DNA of 50,018 nucleotides from Fibrobacter sp. GTDB taxonomy: Bacteria; Fibrobacterota; Chitinivibrionia; Chitinivibrionales; Chitinispirillaceae. The notes beneath the pieces are model-generated. The model worked only from the letters and a program-made list of their open reading frames with translations. It was not told the DNA's origin and searched no databases. This document shows, piece by piece, positions 28,335 through 38,023 of the stretch. Each line of letters starts with the position of its first letter. Within the stretch, counting starts at the first letter, position 1. The stretch spans positions 1 through 50,018 of the forward strand of contig JAAYEB010000355.1 in NCBI GenBank assembly GCA_012728995.1, written 5' to 3'. A program made the translations under genes and the position numbers.

Positions 28335-31322
28335 GTGATCATTATGAATAACAGGCTAAATATAATTACTGCTGTAATAACGATTGTACTTTTAGCAAGT
28401 TGTACCAGAGATGAGTATGACCATTCAGATACAGATCTTCTGGGTATCCATAAATACACCTGTGGAACATTTATTAATAGTGAACCGATACAAATAATAT
28501 TCTCAGACAGGGTCAGCATTAATCCGATGTTGATAAATGTACCACTGCCGGATTCACCTTTTTCTTTTGATCCTGATATCGAAGGTGCAGCTATCTGGAT
28601 TAATGACAGTACCCTTCAATTCATTCCATCGCATAAATTAAAAGGTGGACAAACCTACACTGCATCATTAAATATAAACGCTTTTCAGGAAACTCTTGAA
28701 GGAAATTTCATTTTTACATTTACACCTTTAGAAAAAAGTTTCGATGTAATTTTCGATGAATTAAAACCATCAAGTCATGATAATCTTGCATATCAAAAGC
28801 TTGAAGGTAAAATCATAGCCTCTGATACAGAAGATTTAACCGATATTGAGAATGTTATTTCAGCTTTTCAAAATGGCAATCGCCTGAATGTCATCTACAA
28901 GAATTCAAATGCCCCGAAAACATACCCGTTCATTATTGACAGTATTTTACGAAAAGATATCCCATCACAGATATCAGTACTCTGGGATGGTAAACCAATC
29001 GGCATAGAAACAAAAGGTGAACACACTGTACAGGTCCCTTCAATCCACTCTTTTTTTGTGATCAGTGCTCACTCAGTACAGAGTGAAACATGCTATGTTG
29101 AAGTAAGATTCAATGATCCGCTTGATCCGGACCAGAACCTTAATGGACTAATAAGAGCCGGATCAAAGAGTAATGAATCATTCATGATAAATAATAATGT
29201 TGTTCGCATCTTTAACAATTCAGGTTGGGCAGGAACAGTAGGTATTCAGGTTGAGCATGGAATACGAAACTCCATTGGAAAAGAACTTCTGGAACCCTGG
29301 CATGGCCTTGTTTTTTTCGAGGAATTGCCGGCCAGGCTTGATTTCTGTGATTCCGGATTAATAGTTCCTTTCCTGGATAATCCCACCTTACCGGTTCATG
29401 CTGTCAATATTGATAGAATTAAAATTGAAGCATTTGAAATATTTGAAAATACCATATCGCAATTTTTCCAGATTAACGATTTTTTTGGAAAAAATGAACT
29501 GGAAAGAGTAGGCAAGGTTATATGGACTAAAGAGATTCAGCTTGATTCAAGCAAAGAAAAATCAAACCGGGTAAAAAGGTACGAAATCAGCATTAAACCA
29601 CTTTTGGAAAAACCAAATAGCCGATTTTTCAGGATCAGACTTTCCTGCAATTACCCGGAAAAGGTTAGAAACGATACAATTTTGACAACTGTTAATAACG
29701 AATCAACAAAAATTTCCCAGAGTAAAAAACTAAAAAAGAGCTTTCAACCTTTAAATGAATTGACGGAAGGTAAAATGATAAAAGCATTGCCAGAAAATCA
29801 GGGCAAGCACAGCAATGAAATTTCAGTTTATCGTAACATTCTTGTTTCTGATATTGGAATCACGGCAAAGTTAATAAATGACAGTATCATAAACATTGTA
29901 ACTACCAGTTTGACTACAGCATCACCGCTGCCGCTCGTTAAAATAAACATTTTTGATTATCAGCAGCAGATAGTTGCATCGGGTAAAACGGACTCTGAAG
30001 GGTTGTTGACATTAAATACTAAAGGGAAACCGTTTTTAATTGCTGCTTCCAAATGTAATCAGAAATCCTACCTCCCTGTTAACTTTCAGGTATCAGAAAA
30101 AAATACTTCCACAAACCTTGAATACAAAAGCAAGTTGATTGATGGATTTATCTATTGTGAAAGAGGTATCCGGCGCGCGGGCGACACACTTTTTGTCGCA
30201 TTTATACTTCACGATCGATTTAATCGAATAGACCAGACCAAACCTGTTATCGTTGATTTGAAAGATTCAGAAAACAACCCTGTCTATAACACTCAAACAT
30301 CACAATCATTAAACGGGTTTTACGTATTCAGAATTCCAACCAGCTCATCTTCACCCGACGGATTATGGAATCTGCAGATCCGGGCCGACGATTCCCTGTT
30401 TGAGAAAAAAATCAGAGTAGGAAATTATTCAGAATTGTCTCGGGAAAATGTTCTTGAATTCAGTGAAACTATCATAACCAGTTTTAATTCATGCAGTCTG
30501 AATCAAAATTTCATTCCTGTAAACAAAACACCATCAGCAGTTAATATCAATAAAACCCGGTTTGTTACCGGAGATACTGTTTCCATTTCGGTTCAATCAC
30601 AAACTTCAGATTACATTCTTGTAAATATCGAAAACAACAAAAATCTGATAAAACAAAAATGGATTCAAAGCAAAAAAAACCAGACCAATTTCAAATTCAA
30701 GGCAGAACATGGAATGATCCCTGGTGTACATGTCAAGCTTACTTTATTTAATCCATTATCAGTTATCGAAAACGGTTTTCCTGTAAAAACCTGTGGAACG
30801 GTTCCCATAACGGTAATTGATCCATCAACCATCATTACCCCAACAATAGAGATTTCAGAAATACCAGGCAAAAACAATAAAACAGAAATTAAAATATCTG
30901 AAAAAAGCCGAAAAAACATGACATATACAATTGCAATTGTCGATGAATATCAACTTGAAATGACCGGATTCCAGACACCCAATCCCTGGGATCATTTTTA
31001 CAATAACACAAAAAATGAAACCGGAACAGATGAACTTGATCTTTTTGAAAAAATTTCTCACGGATATGTGGATTCAATATCTATAATAGATATTTCAGAC
31101 AACCGTCCTCACAATGTCAAAGATTCCAAAAAAAGTTTAAAAAAGAATTCACCCTTTATCATGTTTTACGGACCATTTGAGTTACAACATAACAAAAGGA
31201 ATATCCATGAAACTGAACTGCCAAAAGATGCCACTTTATTAAGAATAATGGTTACAGGTGGTAACGGGAATGCTTATGGTTGCAATGAAAAGATAATCAA
31301 TACCCGAAAGTCTAAAAACTAG
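28335..31322 (+). CDS. Large lipoprotein with macroglobulin-like (MG/Ig-like) domains, alpha-2-macroglobulin-family-like N-terminal region without a thioester motif
   Basis: Lipoprotein signal ('LLASC'). 995 aa, beta-rich. 'ERGIRRAGDTLFVAFIL' resembles the A2M MG-domain motif (YRPGETVHFK-like). No CxEQ thioester motif seen. Confidence 0.35.
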   Translation: MIIMNNRLNIITAVITIVLLASCTRDEYDHSDTDLLGIHKYTCGTFINSEPIQIIFSDRVSINPMLINVPLPDSPFSFDPDIEGAAIWINDSTLQFIPSHKLKGGQTYTASLNINAFQETLEGNFIFTFTPLEKSFDVIFDELKPSSHDNLAYQKLEGKIIASDTEDLTDIENVISAFQNGNRLNVIYKNSNAPKTYPFIIDSILRKDIPSQISVLWDGKPIGIETKGEHTVQVPSIHSFFVISAHSVQSETCYVEVRFNDPLDPDQNLNGLIRAGSKSNESFMINNNVVRIFNNSGWAGTVGIQVEHGIRNSIGKELLEPWHGLVFFEELPARLDFCDSGLIVPFLDNPTLPVHAVNIDRIKIEAFEIFENTISQFFQINDFFGKNELERVGKVIWTKEIQLDSSKEKSNRVKRYEISIKPLLEKPNSRFFRIRLSCNYPEKVRNDTILTTVNNESTKISQSKKLKKSFQPLNELTEGKMIKALPENQGKHSNEISVYRNILVSDIGITAKLINDSIINIVTTSLTTASPLPLVKINIFDYQQQIVASGKTDSEGLLTLNTKGKPFLIAASKCNQKSYLPVNFQVSEKNTSTNLEYKSKLIDGFIYCERGIRRAGDTLFVAFILHDRFNRIDQTKPVIVDLKDSENNPVYNTQTSQSLNGFYVFRIPTSSSSPDGLWNLQIRADDSLFEKKIRVGNYSELSRENVLEFSETIITSFNSCSLNQNFIPVNKTPSAVNINKTRFVTGDTVSISVQSQTSDYILVNIENNKNLIKQKWIQSKKNQTNFKFKAEHGMIPGVHVKLTLFNPLSVIENGFPVKTCGTVPITVIDPSTIITPTIEISEIPGKNNKTEIKISEKSRKNMTYTIAIVDEYQLEMTGFQTPNPWDHFYNNTKNETGTDELDLFEKISHGYVDSISIIDISDNRPHNVKDSKKSLKKNSPFIMFYGPFELQHNKRNIHETELPKDATLLRIMVTGGNGNAYGCNEKIINTRKSKN

Positions 31323-31411
31323 TTATTTACCGATGTTCAGATTCATTTTCAAAACCGGCGCACTTTAGCCTTATTCAAAAAGAAATCCATTGATCATCAA
31401 TCGAAGCTGAT

Positions 31412-32227
31412 TCACAATAACTCTTTAATTTCCAAATATTCTTCTTCAAACAACCATTCGTTTTTAGATGGAACTCCAGAAGTCTTTTCAATAATCTTCT
31501 GCGCATTTTTGATTCGGTCCGAAAATGGAGGATGTGATGAAAATGACGAAAGGATCTTGTTTGAATCACCATAACGATCCAGAAGCAAAGAAAAGAATGA
31601 ATTCATCCCGTACGGGTTTATTTTTGCTGCAGTAGTGTAAGCCACAGCGCAACTGTCTGCCTGATACTCCTTATCTCTGCTGAATTTCAAGAATGCCATG
31701 TTCTCCAGCAATGCTGTTACTGCAACAGATATTGAAGCAGAATCATTACCAAACAAAATAGTATTCACATTGCTCACAAATGTTTGTTGAACAAGAAGGT
31801 CACGACTGTGATACTTTGTAATATGACCAATTTCATGAGCAAGAACACCTGCAAGTTCTGAAGTGTTTCTGACATTTTCAAGAAGCCCCCTGTACACAAA
31901 AACATGCCCGCCAGGAATTGCAAATGCATTAATCTGATCATCATCAATAATATCAAAGGTAAAATCAATGTTTCTGTCATTCTGTGATGCGGCAATATGT
32001 TTGCCAAGAGAATCAACGAACCGGATAACTCTGCTGTTTTTTGTATATGGAGGATAAGTCGCTTCATCTGAACGTATTTGCTGATAAAACTGATTACCCA
32101 GAACAATCTCATCCTCCTCTGTTATAACATAGGGAGCTAAAACTTTTGTAACACTCTGGCACCTGAAGAAAGGAATAAACAAAGCATACGTTAAAATCAG
32201 AAACATTTTAAGTGTTTTCATATACAA
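31412..32227 (-). CDS. M48-family zinc metallopeptidase (BepA/YcaL-like), secreted
   Basis: Signal peptide. 'AIPGGHVFVYRGLL...LAGVLAHEIGHITKYH' M48 HExxH signature. Confidence 0.75.
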   Translation of the reverse strand: MYMKTLKMFLILTYALFIPFFRCQSVTKVLAPYVITEEDEIVLGNQFYQQIRSDEATYPPYTKNSRVIRFVDSLGKHIAASQNDRNIDFTFDIIDDDQINAFAIPGGHVFVYRGLLENVRNTSELAGVLAHEIGHITKYHSRDLLVQQTFVSNVNTILFGNDSASISVAVTALLENMAFLKFSRDKEYQADSCAVAYTTAAKINPYGMNSFFSLLLDRYGDSNKILSSFSSHPPFSDRIKNAQKIIEKTSGVPSKNEWLFEEEYLEIKELL

Positions 32228-32412
32228 AAATCCTCTTTTTCCTTAAAAAAAAACTTTATGTTTCATAATATACGATTAATGCCCGGAAATGACAATCCAG
32301 GTTGAATTTGAATTTATGAAGTATTAATTTTTGCCGGATACTACATTTCTGGCATAAAAGTAGTTGCGATTTTTATATTTTTGTTTTAGATTATAGATTA
32401 GAAGGTTAAAAT

Positions 32413-32472
32413 ATGATGAACTCACAGTATTTAACAGTAGTAGTCCTCGGTGTCGTGCGGTTTTTGCCGTAG
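32413..32472 (+). CDS. ilv leader peptide 1 (19 aa, MMNSQYLTVVVLGVVRFLP), Val/Leu-rich
   Basis: The short ORF has a GAAGG RBS, 5 Val and 2 Leu among its 19 codons, and is followed by antiterminator and terminator alternatives. Confidence 0.65.
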   Translation: MMNSQYLTVVVLGVVRFLP

Positions 32473-32497
32473 GAGCCCAAGGACTGTATTGTTAAAA

Positions 32498-32536
32498 GGC
32501 TCCTGCGGATAAAAAATCAGCAGGAGCTTTTTTTTT
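32498..32536 (+). terminator. Attenuator terminator 1: gctcctgc/gcaggagc stem plus a T9 run. The competing antiterminator pairs 'aggagcc' (32471-32477) with 'ggctcct' (32498-32504).
   Basis: Read directly from the sequence. This is classic leader-peptide attenuation geometry. Confidence 0.65.
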
Positions 32537-32545
32537 GAGGACAAA

Positions 32546-32659
32546 ATGAAGCAAAAACTTTCAAATTTGATTTCAAATACAATAAACCTGATAATTTTAT
32601 CCCTCACATTAGTCTCTGTAATCGTGACAGTCGTGGTCGTGGTTTCAGTTCCACCGTGA
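32546..32659 (+). CDS. ilv leader peptide 2 (37 aa, MKQKLSNLISNTINLIILSLTLVSVIVTVVVVVSVPP), Ile/Leu/Val-rich with a run of five consecutive Val codons
   Basis: The short ORF sits immediately after terminator 1. Its 3' end (gttccaccgtgagggg) can pair with the 5' half of terminator 2 (cccctggcggtggaac). Confidence 0.65.
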   Translation: MKQKLSNLISNTINLIILSLTLVSVIVTVVVVVSVPP

Positions 32660-32685
32660 GGGGTTGTATTATAAAAAGATAAAAG

Positions 32686-32719
32686 CCCCTGGCGGTGGAA
32701 CCGACAGGGGCTTTTTTTT
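32686..32719 (+). terminator. Attenuator terminator 2: gcccctg/caggggc stem plus a T8 run, immediately upstream of the ilvB RBS
   Basis: Read directly from the sequence. Confidence 0.65.
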
Positions 32720-32758
32720 ATTGGCCAATTAATAGAAAAATAGAAGGAGAGTTTAAAA

Positions 32759-34420
32759 ATGAAATATTCAGGAGCACAGATTACAATCAAACTGCTTCAA
32801 ATGCATGAGATTGATACCGTTATTGGAATTCCTGGCGGATCAAATCTTCCATTGTACGATGCACTTTATAACAGTACAATTCGCCACATTCTGGCACGGC
32901 ACGAACAGGGAGCCGGATTTATTGCCCAGGGTATTGCACGCTCCAGTGGAAAAGCTGCAGTCTGTTTTGCAACAAGTGGCCCAGGCGCAACAAACCTTCT
33001 TACTGCTATTGCAGATGCCAAACTTGATTCAGTTCCAATAATTGCAATTACAGGCCAGGTACCAGGCCCAATGATTGGTACTGATGCGTTTCAGGAGGTT
33101 GATACCATTGGAATGAGCATGCCGGTAACAAAACATAATTTTCTTGTTCGCTCAGCTCAGGAATTGCTGTCAGTTATTCCTGAAGCTTTCAGAATAGCTT
33201 GTTGCGGACGAGGTGGGCCTGTATTGATCGATATACCCAAAGATGTTCAGCAGCAGATTATCGAAGTTGATTTTTGGCCAACCCCTGCTCCCTGTAATTT
33301 AAACATATTTGCTCATGATTCCCAAATTGAGGAGACAGTTTCGTTAATAAACAGTTCGAAACGACCGGTCCTGTATATTGGCGGAGGTGTAATTAATGCC
33401 GATGCTTCGCGTAATTTGCTGGCATTTGCACGAAAAAACAGTATACCCATAACATCGACACTTATGGGACTTGGTGCAGTTCCAAATAGTGAACCTCTTT
33501 ATCTTGGAATGCTGGGAATGCATGGAGCGCGTTTCACCAATAAGATCCTGCATGAATGCGATCTGCTTCTTGCGCTTGGAGTTCGCTTTGACGACCGGGC
33601 AACCGGAAAGGTATCCCATTTCTGCCCGCAGGCAAAAATTATCCATGTTGATATCGACAAAGCCGAAATTAACAAAATAAAATCAGCAGACATTGCAATT
33701 ACTGCGGATGTTAACGAATTCCTTTCTAAACTTCTTGAGCGAATTCAAGATAATTCCCGTGATGAATGGTTATCATACATCAATTCTTTAAAAAAGATGT
33801 TCCCTTTTCCGGCAATAGAAAATGATAATCCATACAGTCCGTTAAATATTATTCGAACGATTTCAGCGTTGGCACAATCAGATTCAATCGTAACAACAGA
33901 TGTAGGACAACACCAGATGTGGGTTGCACAGATCTATCCGTTTAACCGCCCACGAACATTTCTTACGTCGGGTGGTCTGGGCACTATGGGATTTGGCCTT
34001 CCGGCTTCAATCGGAGCTGCTTTGGCAAATCCGGATAAACAGATAATCTGTTTTACCGGTGATGGTTCTCTGCTGATGAATATCCAGGAACTTGATACAG
34101 TTGCAGAATTAAACCTGAATATAAAAATAATACTGCTCAACAATGGTCACCTTGGACTCGTTCGTCAACAACAGGAACTATTTTACAATAAAAATTATAT
34201 TGCATCCCGTTTTTACTCGAAACCATCATTTTGTACCATTGCCAATGGATTTGGAGTTAAAGCCATAGACCTTTCAGATGAGACCAAACCTGTTCCTGTT
34301 CTCGGCAGTGTTCTTTCGGAAAATGGCCCGTGTCTGATAAATATCCCCATACAGGAAACATCAAACGTTTTACCAATAGTTCCACCAGGTGCAGCTAACC
34401 ACGAAATGATTGGAGACTAA
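32759..34420 (+). CDS. ilvB: Acetolactate synthase large (catalytic) subunit
   Basis: TPP-enzyme motifs ('GIPGGSNLPLYDAL', 'CFATSGPGATNLLTAIADAKLDSVPIIAITGQV', 'GLGTMGFGLPASIGA...TGDGS'). GAAGGAGAG RBS. Confidence 0.9.
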   Translation: MKYSGAQITIKLLQMHEIDTVIGIPGGSNLPLYDALYNSTIRHILARHEQGAGFIAQGIARSSGKAAVCFATSGPGATNLLTAIADAKLDSVPIIAITGQVPGPMIGTDAFQEVDTIGMSMPVTKHNFLVRSAQELLSVIPEAFRIACCGRGGPVLIDIPKDVQQQIIEVDFWPTPAPCNLNIFAHDSQIEETVSLINSSKRPVLYIGGGVINADASRNLLAFARKNSIPITSTLMGLGAVPNSEPLYLGMLGMHGARFTNKILHECDLLLALGVRFDDRATGKVSHFCPQAKIIHVDIDKAEINKIKSADIAITADVNEFLSKLLERIQDNSRDEWLSYINSLKKMFPFPAIENDNPYSPLNIIRTISALAQSDSIVTTDVGQHQMWVAQIYPFNRPRTFLTSGGLGTMGFGLPASIGAALANPDKQIICFTGDGSLLMNIQELDTVAELNLNIKIILLNNGHLGLVRQQQELFYNKNYIASRFYSKPSFCTIANGFGVKAIDLSDETKPVPVLGSVLSENGPCLINIPIQETSNVLPIVPPGAANHEMIGD

Positions 34421-34422
34421 TT

Positions 34423-34704
34423 ATGAATAATTCATATACAGTTCTGAAACTCAGAGTTAATAATCATCCAGGTGTCATGTCCCACATTACCGGTTTATTC
34501 TCGAGGCGTAATTTCAATCTTGAAGGGATACTTTGTGGTAAAATCGGTGATGGTTCCCTGAGTATTATTTATCTTCTGGTAAACCAACAGCAAAAACTTG
34601 AACAGGTAATGGCACAACTGGAAAAATTATATGATGTGAAATCTGTTTCCATAGCTGATAATTTTGACCTGAACCGGTTTATAATTCTATCCAGTTGTGA
34701 TTAA
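34423..34704 (+). CDS. ilvN: Acetolactate synthase small (regulatory) subunit, short ACT-only form
   Basis: 'TVLKLRVNNHPGVMSHITGLFSRRNFNLEGI' ACT domain. Begins 3 nt after the ilvB stop. Confidence 0.8.
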   Translation: MNNSYTVLKLRVNNHPGVMSHITGLFSRRNFNLEGILCGKIGDGSLSIIYLLVNQQQKLEQVMAQLEKLYDVKSVSIADNFDLNRFIILSSCD

Positions 34705-35056
34705 CTGTCGATCACAAAAAAGATTATTTCTTTATTTTTAATTAAAAAATTAACACAATAATTAATTAGGCGGGTTTATGATTCCATTTAATTTTTTTCA
34801 TGAACCCGCGAAACAAAAATTTCTCACAAAAAAATCAGGGAAACCTGGGGGCCGGAAATTATTTTCTATTGATGTTTTCAATAATAAAAATCTTTCTTAT
34901 CATTTCACAGGCTCCCCATGATATTTTCTCGCTTCTGAGTCGTGAGTTGAATAATGTTTCACTGATCAGTCCACCCTGAAAACTGTTTGCCAAATTTAAA
35001 TATCATTTAAAAATCTGTTATAAAAAAGTTCATTCATTTTTAATGGAGAAAATCTG

Positions 35057-36667
35057 TTGAATTTATCGAAAGAAATATCCCGACGAAGAACATTTGCCAT
35101 CGTGTCGCATCCAGACGCAGGCAAGACTACTTTGACCGAAAAAATGCTTCTTTATGGTGGGGCGCTCAAGATGGCCGGATCGGTTACTGCCCGCAAAAAA
35201 GAGAGAACAACCGTATCTGACTGGCTTGAAATCGAAAGGAAAAGAGGTATATCTGTAAGCTCTACAATTCTGAATTTCGATTACAATGGTTTCAGGATAA
35301 ACCTGCTTGATACTCCCGGACATAATGATTTTTCGGAGGACACATACAGGGTGTTGATGGCTGTTGATTCTGTGATAATGGTCATTGACGGTGGAAAAGG
35401 AATAGAGCAGCAGACCCGCAAGTTGTTTGAAGTATGCGGGAAACGCAAAATCCCCATTATTACTTTCATCAACAAAATGGACAGACCAGCACTTGATACC
35501 CTTGCACTTTTAGATGAGATAGAGAAGGTTTTAAATATCAGTTATTACCCTGTAAACTGGCCGCTTGGAAGTGGAACCGACTTCAAGGGAATATGGGATC
35601 GCAGACAAAAAAAGGCTCACCTGTTTGAGCGTACTCCCAAAGGTGCATACAGAGCACCTGTAAACAATTGCAGTCTTGATGATCCTCTTATCCGTGAACT
35701 TCTCCCTGTTTCTACCTACGAAACTGTATGCAGTGAAATAGAGATGATTGATTATGTAGGCTCTGGTCTGGATATGGATATGGTGGCAGAAGGACAAATG
35801 ACACCGGTTTTCTTTGGCAGTGCAGTTAATAATTTTGGAGTTCAACTTCTACTTGATGGTTTTCTGGAATTCTCTCCTTCACCTAAACCGCGGCACACAA
35901 AAAACAGAATTGTAAGACCGGAAGAGAATGTTTTTTCAGGTTTTGTGTTCAAGATACAGGCAAACCTCGACCCTCATCACCGCGACCGCATGGCTTTTAT
36001 AAGAGTAGTTTCCGGTAAGTTTACTCGTGACATGCCGGTTATTCACGCAAAAACTGGAAAAAAAATCCGCCTTTCAAATTCAAGCAATGTTTTCGGCCGG
36101 GAGAGAGAATCTGTGGATGAGGCGTATCCGGGGGATGTTATTGGGGTTGTCGGAAAAGATTTCTTCAGTATTGGCGATACTCTGAGTGAAAACTCAGAAA
36201 TAATGTATAGTGAAGTTCCGCGGTTTTCTCCGGAATGTTTTGCTTTTATTCACAATCCTGTTCCGTCCAGTTTCAAACGATTTCAAAAAGGGCTCGAGCA
36301 GCTTGTTCAGGAGGGACTTGTGCATCTTTTTACAGACGCCAATACGTCACAAAAAAACTATATACTGGGTGCCGTTGGTTCGCTTCAGTTTGATCTGGTA
36401 AAGTTCAGGCTGGAATCGGAGTATGGTGCAGAGTCCAGACTTCAAACAGCTTCTTGGACAATTGCAAGATGGATTGATAATGAAAGTACAGATTTATCAA
36501 AGCTTTCCATGCCCCTAAATTCTGCTCTCGTAAAGGACAGGGTCGGTAAGTATGCCATTTTGCTGGAAAGCAACTGGCAGCTTCAGTTTTTTCTTGAAAA
36601 TAATAACGGAATTAAATTGTTCGAATCTCCAGATATGTTAAAAGAACCAATAATGCAGCTAAATTGA
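35057..36667 (+). CDS. prfC: Peptide chain release factor 3 (translational GTPase)
   Basis: 'RRRTFAIVSHPDAGKTTLTEK', 'LLDTPGHNDF', 'NKMDR' G-domain motifs. N-terminus is colinear with RF3. TTG start with a GGAG RBS. Confidence 0.9.
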   Translation: MNLSKEISRRRTFAIVSHPDAGKTTLTEKMLLYGGALKMAGSVTARKKERTTVSDWLEIERKRGISVSSTILNFDYNGFRINLLDTPGHNDFSEDTYRVLMAVDSVIMVIDGGKGIEQQTRKLFEVCGKRKIPIITFINKMDRPALDTLALLDEIEKVLNISYYPVNWPLGSGTDFKGIWDRRQKKAHLFERTPKGAYRAPVNNCSLDDPLIRELLPVSTYETVCSEIEMIDYVGSGLDMDMVAEGQMTPVFFGSAVNNFGVQLLLDGFLEFSPSPKPRHTKNRIVRPEENVFSGFVFKIQANLDPHHRDRMAFIRVVSGKFTRDMPVIHAKTGKKIRLSNSSNVFGRERESVDEAYPGDVIGVVGKDFFSIGDTLSENSEIMYSEVPRFSPECFAFIHNPVPSSFKRFQKGLEQLVQEGLVHLFTDANTSQKNYILGAVGSLQFDLVKFRLESEYGAESRLQTASWTIARWIDNESTDLSKLSMPLNSALVKDRVGKYAILLESNWQLQFFLENNNGIKLFESPDMLKEPIMQLN

Positions 36668-37097
36668 CTTAAGTAAATTGATACTGTTTTGGAATAAAAA
36701 TGTCCAAAAATATCTCGTAAGATAAAAAGCAGCATTTTGAAAAAATATTGCTGCTTAAACTCGAAGAATGTTTTAGAGAAACCGAGAAAAGAATCTATTC
36801 AGCTTCTTCAAATCTGTCTCAGAACAAGCAGTACCTCTGGGATAATGTGCATGAAATTGATGGCGCTGAAAAGCTTCAATTCGCCAGTCCATAGCGCGTT
36901 TTTCGGATGGCCCTGTTTTATTCTTTCTATGGTTGTCAAACGTGGCGCACATCAGATTATTCGGGGCTTTTTACGGCAGCACGGTTTTACTGGAGGATTA
37001 AACTGTATTTTTGCTGCTTGATTTTACACTTTTGTTCTTGTATATTTCGTTAGATGGCGAAATAACGAATTGAGACTATCCTGGCAGGAATATCAGA

Positions 37098-37496
37098 ATG
37101 AGCGAAATTGTAAATTCTAAAATTGAACATTATGTAACCGTTACAAAAGCCCTCTCCGATTCGAACCGCGTACGGGCTCTTTGCGCTTTACGCAAAGGTG
37201 AATTGTGCCTGTGTCAGATTATCGAATTACTCGGCCTTGCTCCTTCGACGATATCCAAACACATGTCAATTCTCAAACAGGCAGGTTTGGTTAACAGCAG
37301 AAAAGACGGACGGTGGGTGTATTACAGGCTGGCCGATAAAAAAGATGAAATTTTTATACAGGATATAATCAAACTGTCGCTTTTGGGGCTGGAACAGGAT
37401 CAACAAGTTGTGGCTGATGACAGGCAAATGGCAGAAATCAATTCCTGGGGGCTCGAAATGTTATGTAAACGTAACAAGGGTTGTTGTGAAAACTGA
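37098..37496 (+). CDS. arsR: ArsR/SmtB-family metalloregulator (arsenite-responsive repressor)
   Basis: 'ELCLCQIIELLGLAPSTISKHMSILKQAGLV' HTH. The paired cysteines (CLC) sit at the canonical ArsR As(III) site. Confidence 0.8.
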   Translation: MSEIVNSKIEHYVTVTKALSDSNRVRALCALRKGELCLCQIIELLGLAPSTISKHMSILKQAGLVNSRKDGRWVYYRLADKKDEIFIQDIIKLSLLGLEQDQQVVADDRQMAEINSWGLEMLCKRNKGCCEN

Positions 37497-37570
37497 CCAT
37501 ACCCGGTTGAGGAACGAAATTCGCCGTATTTTGCTTTAAAAAAACATACAGTATTGAAAGGACCTGGATT

Positions 37571-38008
37571 GTGAATAAACTGAAAATTCTCTTTCTCTGT
37601 ACAGGTAATTCCTGCAGAAGCCAGATGGCTGAAGGGTGGGCACGGTTTCTGAAAAATGACACTATTGAAGCGTATTCAGCAGGTGTCGAAACACATGCTC
37701 TCAATCCTTATGTTGTAAGGGTTATGGCTGAAGCGGGGGTGGATATTTCCACTCAGTATTCAAAACATCTTGATGAGGTAAAGCAAATCTCTTTTGATTG
37801 GGTAATAACAGTTTGTGACAACGCAAATGAAAGCTGTCCGGTTTTTCCGGGAAAAGTGAAAAGGTTTCATATAAGCTTTGATGATCCGCCGCGACTGGCG
37901 AGAAATGCAAAAACCGAAGAAGAAGCACTTTCACATTATCGAAGAGTGCGCGATGAAATACGTGAATTTGTAGATTCAATTCCTGGTGTTTTGACAGAAT
38001 CGAATTAA
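37571..38008 (+). CDS. arsC: Arsenate reductase, LMW-PTP / thioredoxin-coupled type
   Basis: 'ILFLCTGNSCRSQMAEGW' CX5R P-loop plus downstream Cys ('VITVCDNANESCP'). Confidence 0.8.
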   Translation: MNKLKILFLCTGNSCRSQMAEGWARFLKNDTIEAYSAGVETHALNPYVVRVMAEAGVDISTQYSKHLDEVKQISFDWVITVCDNANESCPVFPGKVKRFHISFDDPPRLARNAKTEEEALSHYRRVRDEIREFVDSIPGVLTESN

Positions 38009-38023
38009 AATTGAAGGGATGGC

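Noticed and set aside
32431-32790. 119-aa minus-strand ORF overlapping the ilv leader region
   Set aside because: It covers the two leader-peptide/terminator structures on the opposite strand. Its composition (TTTTVTIT) is a translation of the Val-codon run in antisense.
34705-35056. Possible terminator hairpin (ttgtgat/atcacaa) after ilvN
   Set aside because: The stem is AT-rich and overlaps the stop codon, and there is no clean T-run. Too weak to call.
36737-37021. 94-aa ORF between prfC and arsR
   Set aside because: No RBS, Cys/Ser-rich low-complexity sequence, no recognisable domain. Probably non-coding. The region may instead hold the arsR promoter/operator.
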